Source: a virus (lineage: Duplodnaviria; Caudoviricetes). From it: a stretch of 47,194 nucleotides of DNA. The stretch's first letter is position 1; each line of letters begins with the position of its first letter. A model generated the notes under the pieces. It made no database searches, had not been told where the DNA came from, and saw nothing but the letters and a program-made list of their open reading frames with translations. Position numbers and translations under genes: made by a program. The stretch is from IMG/VR virus record IMGVR_UViG_3300048819_000088, positions 1-47,194 of that record, one strand, 5' to 3'. This document shows, in pieces, positions 1-8,971 of this stretch.

Positions 1-259
1 CAGCGATTCGGTCCTGTTGGCGGTACTCGGAACCGCATCGATTGGTGGTTAAGCGATGCTTGCTCCCAAACGGCTTTAGCCGGTGCGAGGGCTGCAAGAA
101 ACGGGTCGCTCGCATTTACGTCGACCATATTGCAGTTATGGGGCCTATCTTTGGTGAGCGTTACTTAGAGCGTATGGGCTGCGCCTCAACTCAGCTACAA
201 GGCTTATGCGTAAAATGTCACGGCGTTAAAACGAAGGAAGAGCGCAAGGCCGCTAAAGC
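1..259. repeat. Terminal direct repeat, left copy (matches 46936-47194); circular/terminally redundant genome overlap
   Basis: Direct comparison gives 256/259 identical; mismatches at 110/47045, 165/47100 and 167/47102. Confidence 0.97.
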
Positions 260-314
260 CGACTTGAAGGTAGGCATTGGGCACGTACCAAAATCGGACG
301 ATGATTTTTACTAA
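1..314 (+). CDS. HNH endonuclease, 3' part (gene starts at 46851 and crosses the genome junction)
   Basis: CEGC...VDHI...LQGLCVKCHGVKT zinc-binding HNH pattern. Confidence 0.8.
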   Translation, partial: AIRSCWRYSEPHRLVVKRCLLPNGFSRCEGCKKRVARIYVDHIAVMGPIFGERYLERMGCASTQLQGLCVKCHGVKTKEERKAAKADLKVGIGHVPKSDDDFY

Positions 315-326
315 ATTACAATCGTC

Positions 327-355
327 TTTACTTTCGTCTTTACCGGTGCTATTCT
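327..355 (+). promoter_or_regulatory. sigma70-type promoter for the early operon, with operator-like repeat in the spacer
   Basis: TTTACT (327-332), 17-nt spacer, extended TGc, then TATTCT (350-355); CGTCTTTAC at 323 and 335. Confidence 0.65.
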
Positions 356-377
356 TGTATTAACAAGGCGGTAAACG

Positions 378-653
378 ATGAAATTGCAAATCGGACAAAT
401 CGTAGAAAACAAACTCTCAAACGGTAAAGTTATAGTTTGCAGGGTAGTTGAATTCGTCGAGTCGGTAGGCATGTACCGCTTGACCGATGCGCGGGAAACG
501 CGCGACGACGCTTGGTTGATTGAGCATAACCGCACTTGGGCGGCGCCGATGGAAAACATCGGGCCGCATGACGGCGATTGCGTCATTTGCTACAAAGACG
601 GCCTTGTCTGGTTGGCCGGCTCGCAGGCCTCAACCCTTATGAACCGAGGCTAA
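378..653 (+). CDS. hypothetical protein
   Basis: ATG with AAGGCGG upstream; first gene after the promoter. Confidence 0.7.
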   Translation: MKLQIGQIVENKLSNGKVIVCRVVEFVESVGMYRLTDARETRDDAWLIEHNRTWAAPMENIGPHDGDCVICYKDGLVWLAGSQASTLMNRG

Positions 654-654
654 C

Positions 655-846
655 GTGAAATACCTTATGCTCGCTTTTCTCTTTTGCTCGGCCTGCGCGC
701 AAAATGCAGTTGGTAACACCGGCTGTTACACGGTCACGGGTTCGATGCCTCAAAGCCAGGACAACCATAGTCACGGCCCTGTCGAAACCTATATGTGCGC
801 AGGCGGCGACAAGCTTTATCTTTGTGAAAACGGACAATGCCAATAA
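655..846 (+). CDS. small Cys-rich putative lipoprotein (possible superinfection-exclusion protein)
   Basis: MKYLMLAFLFCSAC signal/lipobox-like N-terminus; several Cys in the mature part. Confidence 0.55.
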   Translation: MKYLMLAFLFCSACAQNAVGNTGCYTVTGSMPQSQDNHSHGPVETYMCAGGDKLYLCENGQCQ

Positions 847-860
847 CAGAAAGAGGTTTT

Positions 861-1130
861 ATGAGAACTCAATTTTCGCCCGGTCCTTGGCGTGTGATCA
901 AACAGCACTACCCCTTACGACGCCATTTCATTGTTTTCAATAACTACATTGAGAACGAACTTGATTTAGACCAAGAGGCCAATCGGGCTTTAGTCGAAGC
1001 TGCGCCCGACATGTATGCGGCCTTGAAGACAATCGAGGCGTACATTGAAGCGCGCGGCGAATTGTCAATGATTGGTGAGATTGCGAGAAAGGCTCTTGCG
1101 AAAGCCTGCGGCGAAAGGGATGTCGCATGA
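861..1130 (+). CDS. conserved phage hypothetical protein (PGPW...ANxxLxxAAPD family)
   Basis: FSPGPW and EANRALVEAAPDMYAAL motifs; AGAGG RBS before ATG 861. Confidence 0.75.
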   Translation: MRTQFSPGPWRVIKQHYPLRRHFIVFNNYIENELDLDQEANRALVEAAPDMYAALKTIEAYIEARGELSMIGEIARKALAKACGERDVA

Positions 1131-1453
1131 GATTCCAGTACCACAAAATACCAGTTTCTCAGTTGGTCAAAATTCTTTGTCATGACTGTATTGATAAACT
1201 TTCAGTTGCGGTTCACCGCAATGACCGAGGCTATGCGGAATCGAAATTTGAGCCCTGTCTTGAGTGCAAGGCCAAGTTCGAAAAGCAAGAGCTTGCGATT
1301 TCTGATTCTGGCCCCAATCACGAACTGCACGTGTATAACCGCAAGGACCTCAGTATCGTTTGGCGCAGGGACGCTAAAGGCGACGTCAATTTGCACGATG
1401 AGCTCTTGCACTTAGCGAGTGAAGTTGTGCTTAGAGGTTACGGCGATGAATAG
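1127..1453 (+). CDS. hypothetical protein with two CxxC pairs
   Basis: CHDC and CLEC; ATGA overlap with the upstream gene. Confidence 0.7.
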   Translation: MRFQYHKIPVSQLVKILCHDCIDKLSVAVHRNDRGYAESKFEPCLECKAKFEKQELAISDSGPNHELHVYNRKDLSIVWRRDAKGDVNLHDELLHLASEVVLRGYGDE

Positions 1454-1469
1454 GCTTGAAGGGTACTAA

Positions 1470-1634
1470 ATGGACATGGACAGAAATTGGACGATCATTT
1501 GGTGTACGATCGCGGTGTGCGTGACTTTGCTCATGATGCAAAACTGTCACTACGAGCACGAAGAGGCAATGAAGTGCGTCGACAAGGGCGGCTCATTCGT
1601 TAACAGCCATTGCGAAGTTGAGAAAACGAAATGA
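1470..1634 (+). CDS. small membrane-anchored protein (54 aa, not in the ORF track)
   Basis: MDMDRNWTIIWCTIAVCVTLLMM hydrophobic stretch; GAAGGG RBS; stop overlaps the next ATG. Confidence 0.6.
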   Translation: MDMDRNWTIIWCTIAVCVTLLMMQNCHYEHEEAMKCVDKGGSFVNSHCEVEKTK

Positions 1635-1858
1635 AAAACATTTTCGAGCGCGCGGGCTTCACAAAAAAGAATTACGAAGTGACAGCCCTTGTGCTCGCAG
1701 TTATTGTCACGACCTCGAGTGACGCCAACACCAAACTCAAATGCGCCCGCGCCTTAAAGAGCCTTAGACGCTTGCGTGCGATTGCACTCGTGAAAGGGAA
1801 AACAAAATGCCGAAGAAAAAAGCCTCGACCAAAAAGCCGAAAGCGCCGCCGTTCTTGA
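1631..1858 (+). CDS. hypothetical protein
   Basis: Coupled ATG; basic tail overlaps the next gene. Confidence 0.55.
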   Translation: MKNIFERAGFTKKNYEVTALVLAVIVTTSSDANTKLKCARALKSLRRLRAIALVKGKTKCRRKKPRPKSRKRRRS

Positions 1859-1995
1859 TGAATTTGAAAGTGACAGCCCGCGAACGTGACGTGCTTGAGC
1901 TCCAAGCCGACAAATACGCGAACGGCAACTTGTCGGCGTGGCTGCGTCATGCAGGCCGTCACTACTGTCCCAAGAAAGGCGAGTTTATCCGCTAA
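1807..1995 (+). CDS. ribbon-helix-helix-like DNA-binding protein
   Basis: LMNLKVT strand followed by ERDVLELQADKY and NLSAWLRHA helices; AAGGG RBS. Confidence 0.65.
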   Translation: MPKKKASTKKPKAPPFLMNLKVTARERDVLELQADKYANGNLSAWLRHAGRHYCPKKGEFIR

Positions 1996-2003
1996 GCCTT
2001 TAC

Positions 2004-2074
2004 TGGTGAGGGCGTCCTGGCCTCACCACGACTTGAATCGCGGCGTGTTAAGGTCCAGTCGGGCATATTGCCCG
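2004..2074. promoter_or_regulatory. two inverted repeats in the early/late intergenic gap
   Basis: TGGTGAGG/CCTCACCA (2004-2028) and CGGGCA/TGCCCG (2060-2074). Confidence 0.4.
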
Positions 2075-2121
2075 GTAAATTTTCCTTGGCAGCTTCCTAA
2101 CGCCCCCTGTAGCTTTTGGGG

Positions 2122-3492
2122 ATGCCTGAAAATAGCGCAAAGCAAAACACCATTGGGGGCTTGACTCCCAATCCGAAAAATCCACGCACAATCACTGACG
2201 CGAAGCTTGCGCAATTGCGGAATGCTCTTGTAGAATTCGGCGACCTTGGCGGCTTTGTCTTCAACCGCAAGTCCAAACAACTCGTCGGCGGTCATCAACG
2301 CGCCAAACTCTTCGAAGCCGACACGCCAATCATTTATGAGCGTAAATATAAAAAGCCCACGACTACGGGCACTATTGCCGAGGGTTATGTCGTTCTAAAT
2401 AACGAGCGCTTCAAATACCGCGAAGTGTGGTGGGACAGTGTCACCGAGAAAGCCGCCAACATCGCGGCCAACAAAGGTGCAGGCGATTGGGACGCGACTC
2501 TATTGACTGATTGGTTTAAGGACCTGGACGCGCTCGATTTCAATCTTGACCTCACGATGTTCGACGAGAGTGAGCGCGAGAAATACCTTGGTAAAGAATC
2601 AAAGGCCGGGCTGACCGATGACGACGCCGTGCCGGATAAGGTTCCGGCGCGCGCGAAGCTTGGTCAAATATGGCAATTGGGAGTGCACCGGCTTATGTGC
2701 GGCGACTCGACGAACGAGAAGTGTGTTGCGAAATTGATGATGGGTGAGAAGGCTGAGATGTGTTTCACCTCACCGCCTTACGCGGATCAACGCGATTATG
2801 GCGTTGGTCTTGAATTGCATCCTGACCAACTGGCATCATTTTTAACTGCCTCTTGCCACGTTGTTTCTTATTATGCTGTCAATCTCGGATATTCCCGTAA
2901 AGATGGGGAAGTAAACCCCTATTGGAACTATTATTTGGATAAGGCAAAAGCAAACGGCTTAAAGCTTTTGAGTTGGAATGTTTGGGATAAAGGGGAGTGC
3001 GGGTCGATTGGCAATCAAACCGCGATGTTCGGGATTAGTCATGAGTGGATTTTTGTATTTGGCAGAGAGAAAAAAGAATTAAACCGCACAGTCGATAATA
3101 TCTCGGCTGGCTATTTAGCCAATCGTATTGGGAATAGACAAAAAGACGGTTCAGTAAAGAAACAAAAAGACAGAATAGTCGGAAGCCATTCTCAGCTAAA
3201 AACCATTTATCAATGCACCCCACAAAAAGCAAGAGACGACATAAATCACCCAGCAAGGTTTCCGGTTGAGTTTCCTTGTGGCTACATCGAAGCAATGACA
3301 GACGAGAGTCAGGTTGTCTACGAACCTTTCGGCGGCTCAGGCTCAACCCTGATCGCTTGTGAGAAGACTAACCGCAAATGCTACATGATGGAATTAGATC
3401 CACACTACTGCGATGTCATTGTCGCGCGGTGGGAACAGTTCACGGGCCAAAAGGCAAAGTTGTTAAACAACAAGGCAACAACGCGTGGCTGA
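2122..3492 (+). CDS. ParB-like domain fused to an N4/N6 DNA methyltransferase
   Basis: PNPKNPR...VGGHQR (ParB-like); HRLMCGDS, FTSPPY, HPARFP, EPFGGSGST, MELDPHYCDVI (MTase motifs). Confidence 0.9.
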   Translation: MPENSAKQNTIGGLTPNPKNPRTITDAKLAQLRNALVEFGDLGGFVFNRKSKQLVGGHQRAKLFEADTPIIYERKYKKPTTTGTIAEGYVVLNNERFKYREVWWDSVTEKAANIAANKGAGDWDATLLTDWFKDLDALDFNLDLTMFDESEREKYLGKESKAGLTDDDAVPDKVPARAKLGQIWQLGVHRLMCGDSTNEKCVAKLMMGEKAEMCFTSPPYADQRDYGVGLELHPDQLASFLTASCHVVSYYAVNLGYSRKDGEVNPYWNYYLDKAKANGLKLLSWNVWDKGECGSIGNQTAMFGISHEWIFVFGREKKELNRTVDNISAGYLANRIGNRQKDGSVKKQKDRIVGSHSQLKTIYQCTPQKARDDINHPARFPVEFPCGYIEAMTDESQVVYEPFGGSGSTLIACEKTNRKCYMMELDPHYCDVIVARWEQFTGQKAKLLNNKATTRG

Positions 3493-3865
3493 AAAACCTA
3501 AATACAAAATCAAACCGCGATGGAAAAAAGGCCAAAGCGGTAACCCAAAAGGTCGCCCGCCAGACAAGCTGGGCAAGGTTATGCGGCAACTGACCGCGAT
3601 TGAATTTGCAGAGATTGCGAACCTTATCATCAAAGGCTCAATTCGAGAACTGCGTGCGATTGCGCAAGACGATTCACTCCCTGCGATCAAGGTCATGATT
3701 GCAGCGACAGCCGTCAAAATCATCGCAAGAGGCGACATGCACGCACTCGACATTTTGCTTAACCGATTGGTGGGCAAAGTGAAAGATCAGGTCGAGCACA
3801 CCGGCAATTCGCTCGCAGCTCAAGTAATTCTAACGATGCCGTCAAACGGTAGTGAGGTAAAATGA
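3485..3865 (+). CDS. terS: terminase small subunit (DUF5681-like)
   Basis: WKKGQSGNPKGRP N-terminal motif; lies upstream of terL. Confidence 0.8.
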   Translation: MAEKPKYKIKPRWKKGQSGNPKGRPPDKLGKVMRQLTAIEFAEIANLIIKGSIRELRAIAQDDSLPAIKVMIAATAVKIIARGDMHALDILLNRLVGKVKDQVEHTGNSLAAQVILTMPSNGSEVK

Positions 3866-4924
3866 ATGGCCCTTATCCAAAAACCCAACACTGACAAACT
3901 AACGCCCGGCACGCGCACGACAATCGACTCAATGGAAATCCCGTCATTTCGATTCTTGCTTGGACAGCAGGAGCGAACGTTAAAAAACATTTTGATAAGA
4001 ACGCCACAAGCACTTGGTGATTGTGTATGCGCTGAGCCTGCAATTCGTTATGCGCAAAAGCACTTCAAGGACAGTGAGGTCTCGTTAGTTACGCCATGGC
4101 CTGACCTCTTTCGTCACATACCGAGCATAAAAAAGGTTTACTTCGGAAGCGTTCAACCCGACTGGGACAAATATTATGTTCTAGAGTGCTATCATGCGGC
4201 TGACGCTCTTCAATCGGACTTTGTACACAACTTCAATATGGCCATTGAAGACTACATTTCGGTTTCGCTCTTTAAGGGCATGATGCCGGTCAAGGACCGC
4301 AACATCATCTTGAAGCCAAACGACATTGAGCGCGCATCGGTAGGCCCAAGTCAGCAAGTCGTTATCCACGCAGGCCGCCATTGGATTTCGAAAACGTTTC
4401 CAAAGAAGTGGTGGGACGGCATTATTCAGGCCTTCGTCGCAAAAGGGATAAAGCCTGCACTTGTCGGCGCTAAGATTGCCGGAAGTAACCGCGGCTATGT
4501 GGACGTTGATGCAAATCATTGCCTCGATTTCCGCGATAAGCTTACGGTTATGCAGTCAGTTGCGCTCTTGCAAAACGCGCAAGTCGTTCTCACCAATGAC
4601 AGTGCCCCTTACCATATGGCGTGCTCTTCGGACGGCGAACGCATTGAAGGGCCGTGGGTCGGCGTGTTCTCGACAGTGAGACATTTCGATTTCATCGGGC
4701 ATTGGCGTCCAGGGCGCGGACCTTGGGACCAACTGACAAACGTTTGGAACTCCAAAATTGAAAACTTGGCCAAAGGGCAAATGTGGCAAGACACTGACAT
4801 CACGCCTGGCCGCAATGGCGCAAAGTACGACGTGATTGACCACACCACACTCATGACATGGCTTCCGGAACCCGAAGAGGCTGCGCATTGGGCGCTGACA
4901 AGGGTACTCGGTGGGCGCGCCTAA
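3866..4924 (+). CDS. GT9/heptosyltransferase-like glycosyltransferase, paralog 1
   Basis: ALGDCVCAEP, HAGRHWISKTFPKKWW, LTNDSAPYHMA motifs. Confidence 0.85.
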   Translation: MALIQKPNTDKLTPGTRTTIDSMEIPSFRFLLGQQERTLKNILIRTPQALGDCVCAEPAIRYAQKHFKDSEVSLVTPWPDLFRHIPSIKKVYFGSVQPDWDKYYVLECYHAADALQSDFVHNFNMAIEDYISVSLFKGMMPVKDRNIILKPNDIERASVGPSQQVVIHAGRHWISKTFPKKWWDGIIQAFVAKGIKPALVGAKIAGSNRGYVDVDANHCLDFRDKLTVMQSVALLQNAQVVLTNDSAPYHMACSSDGERIEGPWVGVFSTVRHFDFIGHWRPGRGPWDQLTNVWNSKIENLAKGQMWQDTDITPGRNGAKYDVIDHTTLMTWLPEPEEAAHWALTRVLGGRA

Positions 4925-6296
4925 CCTTATCCGCATAGGCCCGCAAGAGGGGCCACAAACCGATTTCTTAGGCTGTCCGGCTGACATCGGCATTTACGGT
5001 GGGGCCGCCGGCGGGGGCAAATCGTTTGGCCTATTGCTCGACCCTTTACGCCACCATGATGTCGCCGAATTCGGCGGCGTGGTGTTTCGTAAGACCTCAG
5101 TGCAAGTGCGCAACGAGGGGGGCCTTTGGGACGAGTCAATGAAGCTTTATTCGCTCTTTGGTGCGAAGCCTCGTGAGTCGGTGCTCAATTGGCAATTTCC
5201 AAGCGGCATGTCTATGTCGTTTGGAAACCTCGAGCTCGAGAAAGACGTGCTCAACTTCCAGGGCGCGCAAATACCGTGGATTGGTTTCGACGAGCTGACC
5301 CACTTTAGCGAATCGCAATTTTTCTACATGATTTCTCGCAATCGCAGTACATCCGGTGTACGCCCGCGCATTCGGGCCACCTGCAATCCCGACCCCGACA
5401 GTTGGGTCAGAAAGTTCATTGATTGGTGGATTGGGGCCGACGGCTACCCGATCAAAGAGCGCGCAGGCCTTATTCGTTGGTTCGTGCGCATGAACGATAA
5501 AATCATGTGGTTCGATAGCCCCGAGGACGTCTATGCAATTTACGGTAACGGTCCTGAAATCCAGCCAAAAAGTGTATGTTTCATTCCAGCTAAACTCGAA
5601 GACAATAAAATTCTCATGGAAAAGGACCCTGCGTATTTGGGGAACCTACTTGCCCTTAATCGTGTGGACCGGTTACGTCTCAAAGAGGGGAACTGGAATG
5701 TTAGAGCCCAAGCTGGAATGCTTTTTCAGCGCGAATGGTTTCCAGTTATCGACGCGATACCGAGCGGTTGGCTGCAGGTTGTACGTATGTGGGACCGTGC
5801 TGCAACGAAACCCCACGAAGGCAACAAAGACCCCGATTGGACAAGAGGCCTGAAAATGTACAAGTACGCCGACGGTACTTTCGTCGTTGGCGATCTTTGC
5901 TCAATCCGCGATACGCCTGGCCAAGTCGAAAGGCTTATCAAAACCGTGGCAGGCAATGACACGGTACAAGTAAAGATTGTGGCGCATCAAGACCCGGGCT
6001 CAGCCGGCGTTCTTGAGGCCGAAAACTTCACCAAATTGCTCGTCGGTTACTACGTGAAAACCTATGTGGTGCCGCGAGACGTGTCGACAGGTAAGCGCGA
6101 CAAGATCACTAGGGCAAAGCCGGTTTCGGCGCAGTGCGAAGGCGGCAACATCAAGGTCTTGCGCGCGGGTTGGAATGACGACTTCTTTGCCGAGCTTGAA
6201 AACTTTCCGGACGGCGTCCATGATGACATTGTTGACGCATTTTCAGGGGCATTCAATGATTTGAGCGGCGGGCTGTCGCTCGCTGACGTTTTGTGA
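4911..6296 (+). CDS. terL: terminase large subunit
   Basis: YGGAAGGGKS Walker A, IGFDELTHF Walker B, ATCNP, nuclease motifs WDRAAT and HDDIVDA. Confidence 0.97.
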   Translation: MGAPNLIRIGPQEGPQTDFLGCPADIGIYGGAAGGGKSFGLLLDPLRHHDVAEFGGVVFRKTSVQVRNEGGLWDESMKLYSLFGAKPRESVLNWQFPSGMSMSFGNLELEKDVLNFQGAQIPWIGFDELTHFSESQFFYMISRNRSTSGVRPRIRATCNPDPDSWVRKFIDWWIGADGYPIKERAGLIRWFVRMNDKIMWFDSPEDVYAIYGNGPEIQPKSVCFIPAKLEDNKILMEKDPAYLGNLLALNRVDRLRLKEGNWNVRAQAGMLFQREWFPVIDAIPSGWLQVVRMWDRAATKPHEGNKDPDWTRGLKMYKYADGTFVVGDLCSIRDTPGQVERLIKTVAGNDTVQVKIVAHQDPGSAGVLEAENFTKLLVGYYVKTYVVPRDVSTGKRDKITRAKPVSAQCEGGNIKVLRAGWNDDFFAELENFPDGVHDDIVDAFSGAFNDLSGGLSLADVL

Positions 6297-6306
6297 GGGG
6301 GACAGT

Positions 6307-8214
6307 TTGAGCCGTAAGAATCGAAATAAGAACCGTGGGGCCGTAGTACAGCATAATGTGACCACACCCGCACCGGGCGCTATTCAATCGGAAAGGCCTA
6401 CTGACCCCGGCGAGCGCATCATCATCCCCAACATGCGGGAAATCATCATGAACGCAGGCCAACAAAACGCAGCCATTGCAAACGGATTTGGCGAAGCGAT
6501 AGGCTTTAGCGGTGGCCCCGGCATTGGCGGCGGCATCAATCCCTCGGGTTTCGCCGGCGGCTTTCCAGGTGTTCCGGCCATTTCGGACACTACGACCGCA
6601 TTCGAAAACCTTCGTTGGTTCTTGGTCTCGAACTTCCGCCAACTCTTATCGCAGCTCTATGTCGAGATTGGCCTTGTCAAAACCATTTGCGTGGTGCCGG
6701 TCATGGACGGCTTGCGCGGGGGCGTGACGTTTAAGTCAAAGCAAATGGACGAGCAACAGCTCATTGACCTCAAAATCGAAATGGACAAGAAAGACGACAT
6801 CAACACCGCGGGTTGGGGCTCAGTGTGGCAACGCCTTTACGGCGGCGGCGGCATTCTTACTTTGGTGGACGACCAAGACCCCGAAGACGAGCTTGACCTC
6901 GACAACATCAAAGAGGGCGACGAAGTCGGCTTTCGGGCTGTCGACATGTGGGAGCTCTATTGGGACAAACAAAACGTCGAGGGGTACGATGCAGAAATCA
7001 CACGTGAAGACTTTCAGTTTTACAATTACTATTCCGAGCAAGTACACAAGAGCCGCGTTATGCGTCTTAAGGGTCTTGAGGCGCCTTCGTTCATTCGGCC
7101 ACGCTTGCGGGGTTGGGGCGTCAGTGAAGTTGAAACGCTTATCCGGTCCATGAACCAATACATCAAGGCCACCGATCTTGGCTTTGACGTGCTCGACGAA
7201 TTTAAGCTCGACGTTTACAAAATCAAAAACCTCGTGAACACACTTCTTTCACCAAACGGCACGCAGGCAATCCAACAGCGGGTACAACTCGCCAACTGGC
7301 AAAAGAACTACCAACACGCTGTCGTCATGGACAGTGAGGACGATTTCGATCATAAACAGTTATCGTTTTCAGGTCTTGCAGAGGCTATGCAGGGCATTCG
7401 CATGCAGGTCGCATCCGACATGCGCATTCCCGCAATTAAGCTCTTTGGGCAATCGTTCTCGTCAGGCGGCCTTGGCACTTCAAGCGTCGAAGAGATGGAA
7501 AACTACAACGCCATGGTTGAGTCGGAAGTGCGCAACAAGCTCAAATGGCATTTGCTTCGCATGGGCGAAATCCGTTGCCGTCAAATGTTCGGCATGATTC
7601 CGGATGATTTGGAAATTGAGTTTAAACCTTTACGCGAGCTGAGCGCAATTGACCAAGAAACGGTTAAGACGCAAAAGTTTACGAGGCTCGCGCAAGCGAA
7701 AGCTTCCGGCGACCTTACAACCCAAGAATACCGGGATGCGGCCAATAAGGGCCAACTCTTTGACGTGCAGCTCGACACCATTGAAGACGGCCTTAACCCC
7801 AATGACCCCGAAATCGAAGAGGTCGCATCGGGCGAGCGAAGTCAGTCAATGCAAGTTGGTGATGATAACGACGCCGAAGAGGACGACGGCGGAAAAGACG
7901 ACGAGGACGGGGCCAACAAATCCGACACCGCCAAAGTTGCACCAAAGCTCACCGCAGTCAGAAATGAAATCTTACAGTTCAATGCGTTTGATTCGTTGAA
8001 ACGCTTTTTCAACAGCGCTGAATTCGACAAAGCCAGTTACGAGGCCGACGGCGGCGATGATTGGATTGCGACAGGCCGTAAAGAGCTGTTCGGCACTGAC
8101 GAGGCCATGGACAAATCGCTTTATGCGAAATGCATGAGCGAAGCTGAAAAGCTCGGTCTTGGTTGGAAGTTTTGCGTTTGGCTTTATAAGAAACAAGGGG
8201 GCAAGTTCTCATGA
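6307..8214 (+). CDS. portal protein (DUF1073-type) with acidic linker and extra C-terminal domain
   Basis: Follows terL; RLYGGG, HKSRV, GWGVSEV, IPAIKLFGQS, ENYN motifs. Confidence 0.9.
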   Translation: MSRKNRNKNRGAVVQHNVTTPAPGAIQSERPTDPGERIIIPNMREIIMNAGQQNAAIANGFGEAIGFSGGPGIGGGINPSGFAGGFPGVPAISDTTTAFENLRWFLVSNFRQLLSQLYVEIGLVKTICVVPVMDGLRGGVTFKSKQMDEQQLIDLKIEMDKKDDINTAGWGSVWQRLYGGGGILTLVDDQDPEDELDLDNIKEGDEVGFRAVDMWELYWDKQNVEGYDAEITREDFQFYNYYSEQVHKSRVMRLKGLEAPSFIRPRLRGWGVSEVETLIRSMNQYIKATDLGFDVLDEFKLDVYKIKNLVNTLLSPNGTQAIQQRVQLANWQKNYQHAVVMDSEDDFDHKQLSFSGLAEAMQGIRMQVASDMRIPAIKLFGQSFSSGGLGTSSVEEMENYNAMVESEVRNKLKWHLLRMGEIRCRQMFGMIPDDLEIEFKPLRELSAIDQETVKTQKFTRLAQAKASGDLTTQEYRDAANKGQLFDVQLDTIEDGLNPNDPEIEEVASGERSQSMQVGDDNDAEEDDGGKDDEDGANKSDTAKVAPKLTAVRNEILQFNAFDSLKRFFNSAEFDKASYEADGGDDWIATGRKELFGTDEAMDKSLYAKCMSEAEKLGLGWKFCVWLYKKQGGKFS

Positions 8215-8405
8215 CACCAACATGGTGGCTTATCGTAGGTACTGCGGTCATTTGGATTGTGTACGACATTTTGATGTACCTCGAGTACGGCAATAAGGCG
8301 ACCGAAAGTGTGCTCATTGACAAATGGGCGCGCATCAAGCCGTTTTTATTTTTGGCGGGCTTTCTTTGTGGGCATCTTTTCTGGCAAGTCCATATTTGTA
8401 ATTGA
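8211..8405 (+). CDS. small two-TM membrane protein
   Basis: Two hydrophobic segments; GFLCGHLFW ending. Confidence 0.7.
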   Translation: MTPTWWLIVGTAVIWIVYDILMYLEYGNKATESVLIDKWARIKPFLFLAGFLCGHLFWQVHICN

Positions 8406-8415
8406 GGGGGATTTT

Positions 8416-8826
8416 ATGAACGAACAGGTATTTTGGTCGCCGGGCGTAACGCTCGAGGGAATAGAGAAACAGGTCATTCTTATGGCCTTTCGATTTTACC
8501 GTGGAAACAAAACGCAATGCTCAATCTCACTTGGTATCAACGTGAGGACTTTAGAGCGCAAATTAGAGGACTATGAAAATGCCGACAGAAAACAACGAGA
8601 AACCGAAGAGCTTGAAGCCAGTGACCGAACTAGACAACTCGAGCGAGCCCGCGGCGTCTACCAAACGCCGGAAGGCCCACGTCTCTATGGGTCCGCTTCC
8701 GGGGCACACGTGGAACCCACTATTGAGGCTCCCCCGAAACATGCCATGCCCGTGCCGGAGTCAAAAGAAGTTCAAAGTGTGTTGCCTAAGCAAGCTTCCG
8801 CAAGCGGTCAAAATCGAAGACGCTAA
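8416..8826 (+). CDS. Fis-type helix-turn-helix protein (like the DNA-binding domain of sigma54 activators)
   Basis: TLEGIEKQVILMAFRFYRGNKTQCSISLGINVRTLERKL; GAGGGGG RBS. Confidence 0.85.
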   Translation: MNEQVFWSPGVTLEGIEKQVILMAFRFYRGNKTQCSISLGINVRTLERKLEDYENADRKQRETEELEASDRTRQLERARGVYQTPEGPRLYGSASGAHVEPTIEAPPKHAMPVPESKEVQSVLPKQASASGQNRRR

Positions 8827-8971
8827 GACCTACGAAGAGCAAATCGCTAAAGGCGAATTGGTGTTTGTGACAAAAGAGAACGAGCTTGAAATGAGAGTTG
8901 CGGCGGACATGCAGGGGTACTTTAAAGAGCTCGACCGCCGCAAACGTGAAGAGAACCAAGGGGTAAACTAG
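8687..8971 (+). CDS. SEC-C motif zinc-binding protein (start uncertain, ORF open from 8573)
   Basis: PRNMPCPCRSQKKFKVCC matches the SEC-C consensus. Confidence 0.8.
   Translation: MGPLPGHTWNPLLRLPRNMPCPCRSQKKFKVCCLSKLPQAVKIEDAKTYEEQIAKGELVFVTKENELEMRVAADMQGYFKELDRRKREENQGVN

Noticed and set aside
6307-8214. Anti-CBASS Acb1 nuclease fused to the portal
   Set aside because: No pair of HxT/S 2H-phosphoesterase motifs seen in the C-terminal extension
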